From the NCBI GenBank assembly GCA_964567085.1, contig CAZMKU010000002.1, positions 1-57,108 on the forward strand: DNA of 57,108 bases, given 5' to 3'. This document shows, in pieces, positions 31,301 through 40,654 of this stretch. The notes under the pieces are model-generated. The model saw only the letters and a list, made by a program, of their open reading frames with translations. It made no database searches and was not told where the DNA came from. The position numbers were made by a program, and so were the translations under genes. Each line of letters begins with the position of its first letter. The stretch's first letter is position 1. The stretch comes from an uncultured Clostridium sp. (GTDB lineage: Bacteria > Bacillota > Clostridia > Oscillospirales > CAG-272).

Positions 31301-32678
31301 GGTACTTGTCGGCAAGACCTGCGTTGAGAACTACCTCGAATTCCTCGCCTGTATTATCGTCAACACCCTTGTACTTGTAATAAACCGTTTCTTCAACCGC
31401 GCCGAATACGGGATAAGAAATCGACTTCTGATATTCTCCCGTAACCGCATGGTATGCATAGTCCTGACCGTATACCTTACCGCTTACCGTTTTCGCGGTG
31501 TTGATATTGAGGTCCTGATAATCAAAGAGCGCGCCCGAGCCGTCGGGGAAGAAGTTGTAGCCCTCGTAAGAGTTGCTGCCCGCGCCCATATAAGGGAGAA
31601 CAGTAACGGATTCAAGTCTGTAGAGAGACTCGTTAAATCTGATACCGTTTGCGGGAAGTCTTACGGAAAGACCGTTCTCATCAATGGTATATTCAAGAGC
31701 CATCTTGAACAAGGGGGGATTTGCGTCCTTTGATACGTACTGAGTCTGAGTATGATCCTCTTCAAGATCCTCATAGGTATAATCGGGAGCATAGCTCTTG
31801 ATTATATTTTCGCATCTTGCGAGCTCGTATTCAGTAGCATTGGGGTCAAACACGTAAACCGCCATAGTCTTTGTAGCAGGATACTGGGAATTGATAAGCT
31901 CCTGCTCCTTCTTAGACATATTGGACGTGTCGTAGAACGTGTAATATGCCTGGAATTTTTCAAGCTCGTGTCTTGCGTCTCTGTCACCGGGGGCAATATT
32001 GCTCTCCATAGTGGCGAGAATTTCCTCGAATCTTGACTTTTCAATAAGCATAGGTACAAGCATCTTCGCCTGTTCACGTCCCATTGTGTATTCTACACGA
32101 ATACCGTTTTTGATATTTTTTATCGTTATCTGATTTCTGTAAGCTGCCTCTCTGAAGCTTAAAAACGTATTCGTAACGTTGTCAGAGATGCTTGTGTACT
32201 TAACGATGATCTGAGAGAGAAGCTCTTCCTTTGTGGAGTTATCGTTCTCATCCGCCTTGGAAGCGCCTACGTCGTAAGGATTGGAGAACAATATCTCATC
32301 CGTAACCTTATTTCTGAAAGCAACCTCACCGCTGTAAGAGTCTACGTAAAGCTCGTAATCGCCAACCGTTCTCCTGAGCTCCATCGTTGCGAGCTTTTCC
32401 TCGGGAGTCGCGTAGATAGTCTCCTTATATAAAGTAGCCTTATCTACCGTGGTTGCCTCCTCGGATTCCTCCTCGTCCTCGGCAACCTCGGAGGTATCAG
32501 TCTCCTCCCCGCCGTCTTCGCTGTCCTCACTGTCAGTGAACTCGTCATCCGCAAATTCATCGTCAAGCTCGTCGTCGAACTCATCTGCGGATACGCCAAT
32601 CGTCATCAAAGCTGTCATTGAACCGAGAATTAACAAAACAGTTAAGAGCAGCGATATTATTCTAATGTAATTTTTCAT
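28323..32678 (-). CDS. 1451-aa secreted or anchored protein, DUF5696-like, with an acidic N-terminal tract and an internal coiled-coil
   Basis: N-terminal signal/anchor (IISLLLTVLLILGSMTALMTIGVSA), then a roughly 45-aa Asp/Glu run. Blocks such as LYVDSYSGEVAFRNKVTDEILFSNP and VLPYMGAGSNSYEGYNFFPDGSGALFDY resemble DUF5696 proteins as I remember them. No HMM was run. Confidence 0.55.
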   Translation of the reverse strand: MKNYIRIISLLLTVLLILGSMTALMTIGVSADEFDDELDDEFADDEFTDSEDSEDGGEETDTSEVAEDEEESEEATTVDKATLYKETIYATPEEKLATMELRRTVGDYELYVDSYSGEVAFRNKVTDEILFSNPYDVGASKADENDNSTKEELLSQIIVKYTSISDNVTNTFLSFREAAYRNQITIKNIKNGIRVEYTMGREQAKMLVPMLIEKSRFEEILATMESNIAPGDRDARHELEKFQAYYTFYDTSNMSKKEQELINSQYPATKTMAVYVFDPNATEYELARCENIIKSYAPDYTYEDLEEDHTQTQYVSKDANPPLFKMALEYTIDENGLSVRLPANGIRFNESLYRLESVTVLPYMGAGSNSYEGYNFFPDGSGALFDYQDLNINTAKTVSGKVYGQDYAYHAVTGEYQKSISYPVFGAVEETVYYKYKGVDDNTGEEFEVVLNAGLADKYLDETVNAKIRNRIGSFVVSGTDLTYADILNSSVLTKEAITDKRGFVAIIEEGDALSELSTNHHGSKSEYNSLQIKVTPRPTDSYTISDSLSVNQENNEWTVTCDKKYVGSYRIRYVLLSDYEAPEGTEYETYDTSWFGMAVAYRDYLMSGDDPILTPLTSDDLTEDIPLYIETFGALETLEKVLSIPVKTMTPLTTFEDIRTMYEDISAGEDGITNVNFKLTGYANGGLESQVPYRFKIESAVGGKSGFQELLNYAAEVNEGDNTNLGIFPDFEFAYVKYTGMFDGINLNKHVVKTIDDRYASRRTYTATQGMVNYYELAISPAYFSRFYEKITKNYAEKFDNVIGISVASLGYTLNSDFDEDEPYNREDSKDYTVSALEYLDNTYNQVMTQGGNSYSWKYVDHILGVALDSSRYNISSESVPFLGVVLHGSVQFAGSPLNMEGNMEYAMLKAIENGASPYFILSYRNTQNLKENEFFSKYYSVRYDIWKDDIVDIYNKLNDALYDVQDKFIIGHEYVENAERVPDLDEIQSDILAEMEEFQNMQENIVEIEKQEKLNEVSAARQECRDIQIWANKQYEEVWKIFSVTAKEDEALINEFLATYNSNCAALAQLSEGDEGYETLYTQVKSLKNRLTSAIVKLVKDLEQIKSTIEELNERVASAYEAVEVIKAAELLDNPALPLTEQAISQIAVAESALTEARFAFVSSDTKIPTKGSDIIRYYGYDADGNKTGSYRSQVYYVVTIDDEKVALVGNSIEDFKYYDIVAADAGDDEAWNLDGQNVIVVPSEEKDCGNGVYMSRKANGQYYYYSKNEDGSIADYYFFDGSVYTAIKYKEAGELDGVTIYALVDEAGNYILDSDGEIMYRSGEDVNTRAEYTLMKSMTDSKIALEAIVNAYIDSASFAGNIPEELKITEEEIQARLELEIEDEETVIEEEEEKSHYATDNIIAVTYGTLDGEAYKTMLLNYNNYMVTLVYDGVRYTIPAYDFVVIKK

Positions 32679-32701
32679 ACTATCCTTCTCCTATCTGTAA
32701 A

Positions 32702-34855
32702 TTAAAGTCGGAACCGAATTTCTGTAACGATATTTGTTACGAGACTCACCATCTTCGAAATAAGCGTCGAGAACAAAATCGCAATAAACATAATAAAGAT
32801 CATCGCAACCGCGGTGCCCGCGATAGTGATTATATTCTTACCCATCGTGTAATCGTGTGTAACCTGCGTACCGAAGAAGATAAGCAATGCAAGCCAGATA
32901 AACGCAAACGTCGTAATAAGGTTGATAATGCTTATTTCCGTAGAGATGCAGAAGTTCGAAAAGATCGTCACGGGGATAATAAGGATCGGCAGGGGAAGCA
33001 AGCTGTAAGAGCAAGCAATGAAGATGTCCTTGAAGCTACCTTCACCCTCAAAAAGCGTGGTAAGACACCAGTTTGCAACTACGAAAAGGAAGAGCGGAAC
33101 GAGAACGCTGAGCGCCTGACCCCAGATAGTTCCGTAATTGCCCTCGGGATTCATAAGATAGCCCGAGCCAACCGACTGGTAGAAGAACGCGATAATTGTA
33201 ACCGCGATATATACGAGCGACGCTCTTATCGAGCCGCGCTTTTCGTGCTTCAGATCCCAGAAGCCGTCAAACGGATGGACCATAACGTAGAAGCCGTATG
33301 CAAGCTCCTCGCCAAATGTCTTCTTTTTACCCGAAACCGCTGCAGCCTTATTGACCTTCGTAATAAACTTATTGAAGAGAACAACGCCTGCGATAATAAC
33401 GCCTATGATCGCGATAAGAACGAGGAAGTAATTTGACATCCATTCCTTTCTTATTTCCTTATAGGAGTTAGACCAGTTTTCCGTGTCGTACGCGGATTCG
33501 AAGTATTCAAGCGACCTTTCATAGTCACCGTTTCTGTACATAGCCTGACCGATACCTACGTAAGCCGCGTCGAAGTTCGAGTTGGACTTAAGCACGTCGG
33601 TCCATTTGTTGATAGCCGTATCGAAGTCCTGATCGTTTTCAGCCGCAATAGCCTCAAGGATCGTATCGCCGTATGGCTCGCGCTTAAATACGGTAAAGTT
33701 ATTTGTTGACTGCGAGGAGTCAAGGACGAGCATCTTGTCGCCCTGATAGGTAATAGCCGTGATTCTCACGATGCTTCCCATCATATTACCCGTTTCGCCA
33801 AAGGCAAAGAGCAGGTTGCCGTTCTTATCGTAGGTGTAGATACGGCTTCTCTTCTGGTCGATGATCGACCATGTTCCCTCTTCTCCCTCCGCAACGTCTA
33901 CGATCTTGGATACGCCGTTGTCATCAGCATCAGCGTCCTTGGAGGCGTTGCTGTAGTCGATCTCACCGACAGGCGGCCAGAATCCGTTACGCGCCATGAT
34001 CTCGTCACCGCTCGTGTTGAGCTTCTTAACGGGCATATACGTACCGTCCGTAGCCTTCGCCAGGATCTGGCTCTGAACCGTAGCCTCGGAAATAGTCGAC
34101 GTGGTTACGTAGATAAATCCGTCGGAGCTGAGCGCGATATTGTTAAACTCGGTAGATACGTTTTCCGTCTGCTGAGACTGCTGCTCTTCTGTACGAAGCT
34201 TTCTCCAGATCTTTTCCCACGCGGAAATTTCAGTTGCCTGCGCGCCGATAAATTTCTGGAACTGACCGTTATCGGTCAATATGATAATACCCTGATAGGT
34301 GGATGCGGATACAACGAAAAGTCTGTTGTATGCGTCAACCGCAAGCGCTATGGGCTCATACTTCGCATCGTCGCCAAAAAGGCTTGATTCGGGCGCTTCG
34401 AGTATTTTCTTGAAGCTGCCGTCGAGATTGAACGCAACTATTCGGGATTTGCCGGTGTCGCACACCCAGATCGTATCGTCGCTTACGAACACGCCCTTGG
34501 GGCCCGAAAGTGTATCGTCGTTGCCGACGCTGTTCTTGAACGTAGAGATCTCGAACTTGAATTCATAGTATCTCGAAAGAACCACGATTCTGTTGTTACC
34601 CGTGTCCGCGATATATACGTTACCTGATTTATCGGTAATAATATCGCTGGGAGAATTCAAGGCAACCTCGAGTCCCATTTTTTCGGAGTCTATCGTATCC
34701 TCAACGTCATACGCGTCAGGAGAAAGAAGCGGATATCCGTCGATAGAATACGTGTACGTCTGATAAGCAGATGATGCCTGAGCTCCTATTATTGCGCAGG
34801 AGGCGATCATAATTACTGCAAATACAACGCACAATATTCTTGTGATGTTTTTCAT
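32702..34855 (-). CDS. Fusion protein: signal peptide, NHL-repeat beta-propeller, TPR, and a Yip1-type 5-TM domain
   Basis: NHL-like repeats (GNVYIADTGNNRIVVL, IWVCDTGKSRIVAFN, NRLFVVSAS...). A TPR-like segment (AINKWTDVLKSNSNFDAAYVGIGQAMYRNGDYERSLEYFE). The Yip1 hallmark HPFDGFWDLKHEKRGS is followed by multiple TM helices. Confidence 0.7.
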   Translation of the reverse strand: MKNITRILCVVFAVIMIASCAIIGAQASSAYQTYTYSIDGYPLLSPDAYDVEDTIDSEKMGLEVALNSPSDIITDKSGNVYIADTGNNRIVVLSRYYEFKFEISTFKNSVGNDDTLSGPKGVFVSDDTIWVCDTGKSRIVAFNLDGSFKKILEAPESSLFGDDAKYEPIALAVDAYNRLFVVSASTYQGIIILTDNGQFQKFIGAQATEISAWEKIWRKLRTEEQQSQQTENVSTEFNNIALSSDGFIYVTTSTISEATVQSQILAKATDGTYMPVKKLNTSGDEIMARNGFWPPVGEIDYSNASKDADADDNGVSKIVDVAEGEEGTWSIIDQKRSRIYTYDKNGNLLFAFGETGNMMGSIVRITAITYQGDKMLVLDSSQSTNNFTVFKREPYGDTILEAIAAENDQDFDTAINKWTDVLKSNSNFDAAYVGIGQAMYRNGDYERSLEYFESAYDTENWSNSYKEIRKEWMSNYFLVLIAIIGVIIAGVVLFNKFITKVNKAAAVSGKKKTFGEELAYGFYVMVHPFDGFWDLKHEKRGSIRASLVYIAVTIIAFFYQSVGSGYLMNPEGNYGTIWGQALSVLVPLFLFVVANWCLTTLFEGEGSFKDIFIACSYSLLPLPILIIPVTIFSNFCISTEISIINLITTFAFIWLALLIFFGTQVTHDYTMGKNIITIAGTAVAMIFIMFIAILFSTLISKMVSLVTNIVTEIRFRL

Positions 34856-34872
34856 TAGATTTCCTCCTAAAA

Positions 34873-35745
34873 TTAGTCTTTCATACCGCTGGATCCCATC
34901 GTTTCAATAATGTTGGACTGGGATACAACGAATACCAGAATAGGTACCATCATCATAATAACCTGAGATGCCGCCGATGCGCCCGCGCGCTTGATACCGC
35001 CCGCGGTGATCTGTCCGATAGCGTAGTTAAAGGACTTGAGCTGCTCGGAGTGAATATACATCGAAGAGCCCTGATTCCAGAGTGACTGGAACGAATAAAT
35101 GATAAGCGTAAGCCAAGCAGGCTTAACCATAGGCATCGCGATCACCCAATAGGTTCGAAGCTCGCCCGCGCCGTCAAGACGCGCGGATTCAAGAACCGTG
35201 TCGGGAACGTTCGTGTCCATAAACTGCTTCATAAGGTAAAGACCGAGCGTAGATGCCCATGCGGGAACGATAATTGCAAGGTAAGAGTCAAGCCAACCGA
35301 ATGCAGACATTATAATAAAGGAAGTAATCGTTGTAACCGTGGAGTTAAACATAAGAGAAGTCTGCACGAGCTGGAACATTCCCTTCGCACCGGGGAACTT
35401 GATCTTTGCAAGCGTGTAGGCTGCCAGGGAAGCGATGAACAGGTGTCCGAACGTTCCTGCAACCGAGGTGAATATCGTGTTGAATATGTATCTTGAGAAC
35501 GGAGCCACCGAAGTATTCATAAGCATAAAAAGTGACTTGAAGTTATTGAGCGTAGGGCTCATAACTATGAATTTCGGAGGATACATCCAAAGCTCGTCAA
35601 GAGGCTTTAACGACTGCATTATAACGTAAAACATCGGAAGGAACATAAACAATCCGAGAATTACGAGTATGACCGTAATGAACGCGTCGCCTCCTGCGGA
35701 GCGGGCAAGTACGACTTTATGTTTTCTGGTTCTGAGCTTTGCCAT
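34873..35745 (-). CDS. Carbohydrate ABC transporter permease (MalG-like)
   Basis: 290 aa with 6 TM segments and the EAA loop LESARLDGAGELRTYWVIAMP. Its start lies 1 nt after the upstream permease stop. Confidence 0.9.
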   Translation of the reverse strand: MAKLRTRKHKVVLARSAGGDAFITVILVILGLFMFLPMFYVIMQSLKPLDELWMYPPKFIVMSPTLNNFKSLFMLMNTSVAPFSRYIFNTIFTSVAGTFGHLFIASLAAYTLAKIKFPGAKGMFQLVQTSLMFNSTVTTITSFIIMSAFGWLDSYLAIIVPAWASTLGLYLMKQFMDTNVPDTVLESARLDGAGELRTYWVIAMPMVKPAWLTLIIYSFQSLWNQGSSMYIHSEQLKSFNYAIGQITAGGIKRAGASAASQVIMMMVPILVFVVSQSNIIETMGSSGMKD

Positions 35746-35746
35746 A

Positions 35747-36691
35747 TTACGTACCTACCTTCGAGAGTATTTTCTTAACGAGAGCATTCGCGCCGATCAT
35801 TATCACGAACAGCACCACGGCAATAGCCGACGCGTAGCCCGTCTCGTATCTCATACCGCCGTAGTCACTCAGATGGTGCATGATCGTGTGACACGAATAG
35901 TTTACAGACGGGAATCCGCAGAGCGCGTCAACGACGCCGCCGAAGCCGAACGAGCCCGTAATCGCCATTACGGCACCGAACATAAGCTGAGGCTTCATGG
36001 ACGGGAGCGTTATGTAATAAAGCTCCTGCCATCTGTTCTTAATTCCGTCAACCGCGCCAGCCTCGTAAAGCGAACGGTCAACGCCCTGAAGTCCCGCGAT
36101 AAAGGACAGGAAGGATGTACCAAGAGACGTCCAGAGCGCAACGACTATACAGAGCGCCATGGCGTATTCTTCTCTTTGGAAGAAGTTGATTTCCTCTTCT
36201 ATGAGGTTATATTCAAGAAGCATAGCGTTTACCCAACCGTAGGAGTCGCCCGAGAAGAGCGTACCCCAGATAAGATATACGTTACCTGAAATAGAGGGGG
36301 CGTAGAATACAAGGGTTACGACCGCTCTTATCTTGGGAGGAAGCTCGTTGATGAACCACGCTACCAGGAAGGACATAAGGTAGGATGCAGGTCCTACTAT
36401 GCAGGCAAATATAAACGTATTCTTGCATGCAGTTAAGAATATATCGTCATCGAAGAACAAAGTTATGTAGTTATCCAAAAATACAAAATCAGGGGCCTGA
36501 AGCATATTGAAGTCCGTAAAGCTAAGCGCTATGGAAAGCAATACAGGAAGCACCGTGAAGATCGTGAAAAGAATCATATAGGGCGCAACCATAACGTATG
36601 CTATCCAGTTACGCTTCATTTCTTTCCAAACCCACTGCGCCATCGTCATATCCTTTCGGGCCGCAGCTTGTTTTTCTGCTTTCTTAAGCAT
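35747..36691 (-). CDS. Sugar ABC transporter permease (MalF-like)
   Basis: 314 aa with the EAA loop YEAGAVDGIKNRWQELYYITLP. The RBS is AAAGGAGAG. Confidence 0.9.
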   Translation of the reverse strand: MLKKAEKQAAARKDMTMAQWVWKEMKRNWIAYVMVAPYMILFTIFTVLPVLLSIALSFTDFNMLQAPDFVFLDNYITLFFDDDIFLTACKNTFIFACIVGPASYLMSFLVAWFINELPPKIRAVVTLVFYAPSISGNVYLIWGTLFSGDSYGWVNAMLLEYNLIEEEINFFQREEYAMALCIVVALWTSLGTSFLSFIAGLQGVDRSLYEAGAVDGIKNRWQELYYITLPSMKPQLMFGAVMAITGSFGFGGVVDALCGFPSVNYSCHTIMHHLSDYGGMRYETGYASAIAVVLFVIMIGANALVKKILSKVGT

Positions 36692-36739
36692 TTGTTCTCT
36701 CCTTTTTTAGATTTTTAATTTATTTAGTTAATCTCAATA

Positions 36740-39700
36740 TCAATACTTTGACATCGCGTTTGCCGCATCGCTGAGCGCTACGGAAAGGAAGTAGAGAACG
36801 TTGTCCTCGCCGAATCTGTTCGTATCAGCGATATCCTTGTTCTGAACCTGCATTGTTTTAATATTCATCGCATCGCCCTTAAGGTCGGTCTTTGCAGACT
36901 CGCCTACAAGAGCCGCAACCTCTTCGGCAGCCTCGCGGATCGTCGTCATATCGTCGCTCTTGATAGCGGATCTCACCTTATTAAGAAGAGCGGTATTTTC
37001 AAATCCTCTTTCTACGAGCGAGTCAACAGCTTTCTGCGCCTGAGAAAGTCGCTTGGATGCAAGTGTTTCACCCTGCTCAAGCGTTTCAAGTCCGAATTCG
37101 GTTCTCTTTCTGGAAATTTCCTTGTTGATCGTGTTAATGTAAGAAAGCAAAGCTTGCTTGGGATCTTCCTTATCGTTATATGCCGACAGGAATGCAAAGT
37201 TTGTATAACGCGCGACAATATACGCGCCGGGATAGTTGGGGATAGCAGCAAGTCCGTCGAGACCTCCGGGGCCGTCGTGACCCTCGATCTGAGCCGAGAT
37301 CTGAGCGAATTCCTCCTGTGTCCAAGGCAAGCTTTCAAGAGCGTCAATGTTTGCCGTGGGGTGCTTTGCGGAGGGACCCATAATAGCAACCATCTCGTTG
37401 GTGTACTCCGTCTGGCAGTCCTTACCCGTATACCACTTCATAAATTCCCAAGCGTCCTCTCTCTGATCCTCCGCGCCCTTAACCATTACGGTTGCGGCAA
37501 CACCCGAGATGGACTGGTTATTTATCACGCCGTCCTCGTTCTCAATACCGGGCAGCGGAACGAATTCCCAAAGGCCCTCGATTTCCGTGGCGAATACCTT
37601 GAGCTGATTGTAAAGACCCGTGTAGTCACCGATCAAGATAGGCATTTCACCCGTTCTGAAACGGTTTGCAGCGTCGTAAACGTAGGGGAACTTATAGTCC
37701 GTAAACAGCTTACACATCTTTTCAAAGGACTCAAGACCCACCTTCGAATCGAGATTGATTCTCATACCGTCATCAGCGAAAAGGTCACCGCCCATCTGGT
37801 AGAGGAACATTCTGTATTCAGTCGTAAGACCGATCTCCATCTCTCTTGCCTGAAGCAGAGGAATGAGCGCCATTACGTCCTCCCACGTTTCGGGAATAAC
37901 ATTTTCGTCGACCTCGTCACCGTCACTCATTTCACTGTAAAGGTCGGCAAGCACGTCCGTACGAACGAACATCATCGCGAATGACTGAACCTCGGGAAGA
38001 CCGTAATAGTGTCTTACACCCTCCGCGTCCTCAATACCGAGAACCAGCATAGCCGCGTTGGTAAAGGATTTCGTTACCTCCTCAAATCCGTCGTTTTCCT
38101 CAATAGGAAGAACCGCCGAACGGATCGCGTAGTTGATAACGTCGTCCTGTCCGAGAGAGAGATACACGTCAGGTCCCTCACCCGCCAAGATCGAGGGAAG
38201 AAGCGTACCGCCCGCTACGAGCTTAAGATCCACCGTTATACCGGTAGAATTTGTAAAGTCATTATTTATAAGGTTACGAACGACCTGGAACTGATCTCGT
38301 CCCGAAGCCATCCAAACCTCGACGCCCTCAACCTCCTCAGTGGTCGTAGCGCCTATCGCGTTATAGTCACGCGTAAAGCTTGCAAAGAAGGATTTCACCT
38401 CATGCCAGAGCGCCTTGAAGAAGCCTGCGCCCGCCTTGGGCATATCCTCCTCGGGAGACTGAATAATAAGGTAGTCCATCTGCAAGGGCTGTGTCTTTGC
38501 ATCCGAGAGGAAGGTACCGAGCGTACCGATATAGGATTTAAGACGGGAGAGATTCTGCGCGATCTCGCTCTCGTCAACAGCCATCGTATGAAGCAGGTCC
38601 GCTATCTTCTGGAGCGTACCGACGTTCGCGGACTTCTGTCCCGCGAGCTCGGTCAATACCTGAGCAACACCCGGCTCGGGATAGGCCTCACTGGGCTCGT
38701 TGTCGAGAATTCTCGACTGCTTGTTCATATCAACGAGCACGTTATACATAATTCTCTTGAAGCCGTAGTCACGGTCAGCGTCGGGAGTCGTACCCGTAAG
38801 CTGAATAATGGAAAGGTAATCGTCGTTGATGCTATCAAGACATTCCTGAACCTTATTTACGATCTCGCCCATCTCGCCGAGGGTAACCTCAAGCTTTATC
38901 GTGTAAACGACGCCTTCCTTGAAGTAGATCTGATAGCCGTCGTCCGAGTCGGAATTTCTTAAGTCCGTAACCTGCCAGTTATCACTGTAATTATATACAA
39001 GCGCCTTCGCTTCCTCGAAGGGAATACCGTTATAATAACCCGCTTCGCCCTCGCTCACGCCTTCGCCGCTGTAAATGTAAAGCGCGCGGTTTACGTACAT
39101 ACCGTCAAGAACGTTCTGTCTGAATCTCGTAACGATATCGTAAAGACCGCTCTCCCCTTCACCGAGCCGGAACTTATAGGTGATAGCCTGACCCGCCGTC
39201 TGCCACTTGGACTCACCTATAGTGTTGAGCAAGGTCACCTCGGGGCTCGAGGGGGACGTTGCCGCGCTGGATCTGTCCTCAAGCGCGTATATCGTCTTGT
39301 CAGTCGTTGTATTCGTAAATTCGGCCTCGATCTTGATGCTGCCCGTTCCGTTGGAAACGTCACCGAGAGCCGCTCTATATTCCTCATACGTAGGAATTTC
39401 TTCCGCGGGACAAAGGGTAATACTCTTTATCGCCATATCCTCGTTCTTGCCCTCGAGAGTAATGGTATTGACCTTACCCGCCTCGAACACGAACTCAAAG
39501 GGTGACGAATAGAAGCCCATGCTGTCCTTGATCTGATATTCGGACCAGATAGGAGCCTGCTCGGCGTCGGGACGAAGCTCGTTGCCCCAAACGTCAACCT
39601 TCATAAATCTGATCGAATACTTCTGGCAGAAATCAGAAGCCGCCTCGGTCCAGATCTCAGGATACTCGAACGCAAGATTTCCGTCGGCGTTGATCTTTGC

Positions 39701-40288
39701 AACAAGACCTGCCGCCTCGCCCTCGCTCCTGACGGTGGATTCATCCTCCTTGCCCGTATAAACGCCATCCTGGTAAAGATTTATCCAGTTTTTCTGGAAC
39801 GCAAGATAGCGAGCCTCCTTGAAAGGAACCTCATCGTTGATCCTGAGCACTCTCTCTATAGCCGCAGGCTTACCTTCAACCGCATAGTACTCAATAACGA
39901 TCGTGTACATTGCGGTCTCGGGAACCTCAAATGCCCAAGTAACAGAGCCCGAACCCGACGTGTAAAGTGCCTCTACGCCGCCGTAGGTGTCGACCTTCCA
40001 ATCGGAGCTCTGCTCGGAAACGAGATCATTTACCGCATCAATGACAACCGTATTCCCAGCCTTTGCGGGCGACACACCAATCGCGCCCGACAAATACTCA
40101 TCGTAGGAAATGGCATTGAGCAGTTCTCTTATTTCCTGAATTTTGCTGGTATTAGCCGTTGAGGAGCTCGAGCTCGATGACGTGGCGGTAGAGCTCTCCT
40201 CGGCAAACGCCGGCAATGAAAAACAACCAATAACAAACATCAAACAAAGCAACATTGCTGTTAATCTTTGAAATTTCGTCTTTCCCAT
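36740..40288 (-). CDS. Giant (1182-aa) extracellular solute-binding protein with N-terminal CBM-like modules
   Basis: The start is set at the ATG at 40288 (MGKTKFQRL..., AGGAGGA RBS, signal peptide ...LPAFAEESS). The C-terminal ~550 aa resemble family-1 SBPs (GPDVYLS, ETWEDVMAL, AWEFMKWYTG). The N-terminal ~600 aa carry two beta-sandwich/CBM6-35-like patterns (SGSGSVTWAFEVPETAMYTIVIEYYA; GSIKIEAEFTN). Confidence 0.8.
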   Translation of the reverse strand: MGKTKFQRLTAMLLCLMFVIGCFSLPAFAEESSTATSSSSSSSTANTSKIQEIRELLNAISYDEYLSGAIGVSPAKAGNTVVIDAVNDLVSEQSSDWKVDTYGGVEALYTSGSGSVTWAFEVPETAMYTIVIEYYAVEGKPAAIERVLRINDEVPFKEARYLAFQKNWINLYQDGVYTGKEDESTVRSEGEAAGLVAKINADGNLAFEYPEIWTEAASDFCQKYSIRFMKVDVWGNELRPDAEQAPIWSEYQIKDSMGFYSSPFEFVFEAGKVNTITLEGKNEDMAIKSITLCPAEEIPTYEEYRAALGDVSNGTGSIKIEAEFTNTTTDKTIYALEDRSSAATSPSSPEVTLLNTIGESKWQTAGQAITYKFRLGEGESGLYDIVTRFRQNVLDGMYVNRALYIYSGEGVSEGEAGYYNGIPFEEAKALVYNYSDNWQVTDLRNSDSDDGYQIYFKEGVVYTIKLEVTLGEMGEIVNKVQECLDSINDDYLSIIQLTGTTPDADRDYGFKRIMYNVLVDMNKQSRILDNEPSEAYPEPGVAQVLTELAGQKSANVGTLQKIADLLHTMAVDESEIAQNLSRLKSYIGTLGTFLSDAKTQPLQMDYLIIQSPEEDMPKAGAGFFKALWHEVKSFFASFTRDYNAIGATTTEEVEGVEVWMASGRDQFQVVRNLINNDFTNSTGITVDLKLVAGGTLLPSILAGEGPDVYLSLGQDDVINYAIRSAVLPIEENDGFEEVTKSFTNAAMLVLGIEDAEGVRHYYGLPEVQSFAMMFVRTDVLADLYSEMSDGDEVDENVIPETWEDVMALIPLLQAREMEIGLTTEYRMFLYQMGGDLFADDGMRINLDSKVGLESFEKMCKLFTDYKFPYVYDAANRFRTGEMPILIGDYTGLYNQLKVFATEIEGLWEFVPLPGIENEDGVINNQSISGVAATVMVKGAEDQREDAWEFMKWYTGKDCQTEYTNEMVAIMGPSAKHPTANIDALESLPWTQEEFAQISAQIEGHDGPGGLDGLAAIPNYPGAYIVARYTNFAFLSAYNDKEDPKQALLSYINTINKEISRKRTEFGLETLEQGETLASKRLSQAQKAVDSLVERGFENTALLNKVRSAIKSDDMTTIREAAEEVAALVGESAKTDLKGDAMNIKTMQVQNKDIADTNRFGEDNVLYFLSVALSDAANAMSKY

Positions 40289-40654
40289 TAAAAACTTTCC
40301 TCCTGCTGATTTTTTCGGCGGATAAGCCGCCATTTAGGTAAAGCTTACGCATAATGCAGCGCGATACACGTAAACCGGATAATAAATAATAGCAATCCCT
40401 TGCGGTAAAAGGAAAAACCACTATAAACGCCGAACGGCGTCCTCTGGCACGCGGCAACAACACTATGCTATGCAATTGACTGTAAATTTCCGACGCCCCA
40501 CGAGTCCGAACCCTCAAGGATAGCGAAAATTCACATTTAAACACGGACAAACGCGAGGTTTCGAAGCCGTTGGCAAAAAATCACACCGTCCGCGCCAAAC
40601 TCAGGTCATCGCATAACAAATTCGTTGCGCACTATGCCCTAAATTTACTCTAAT

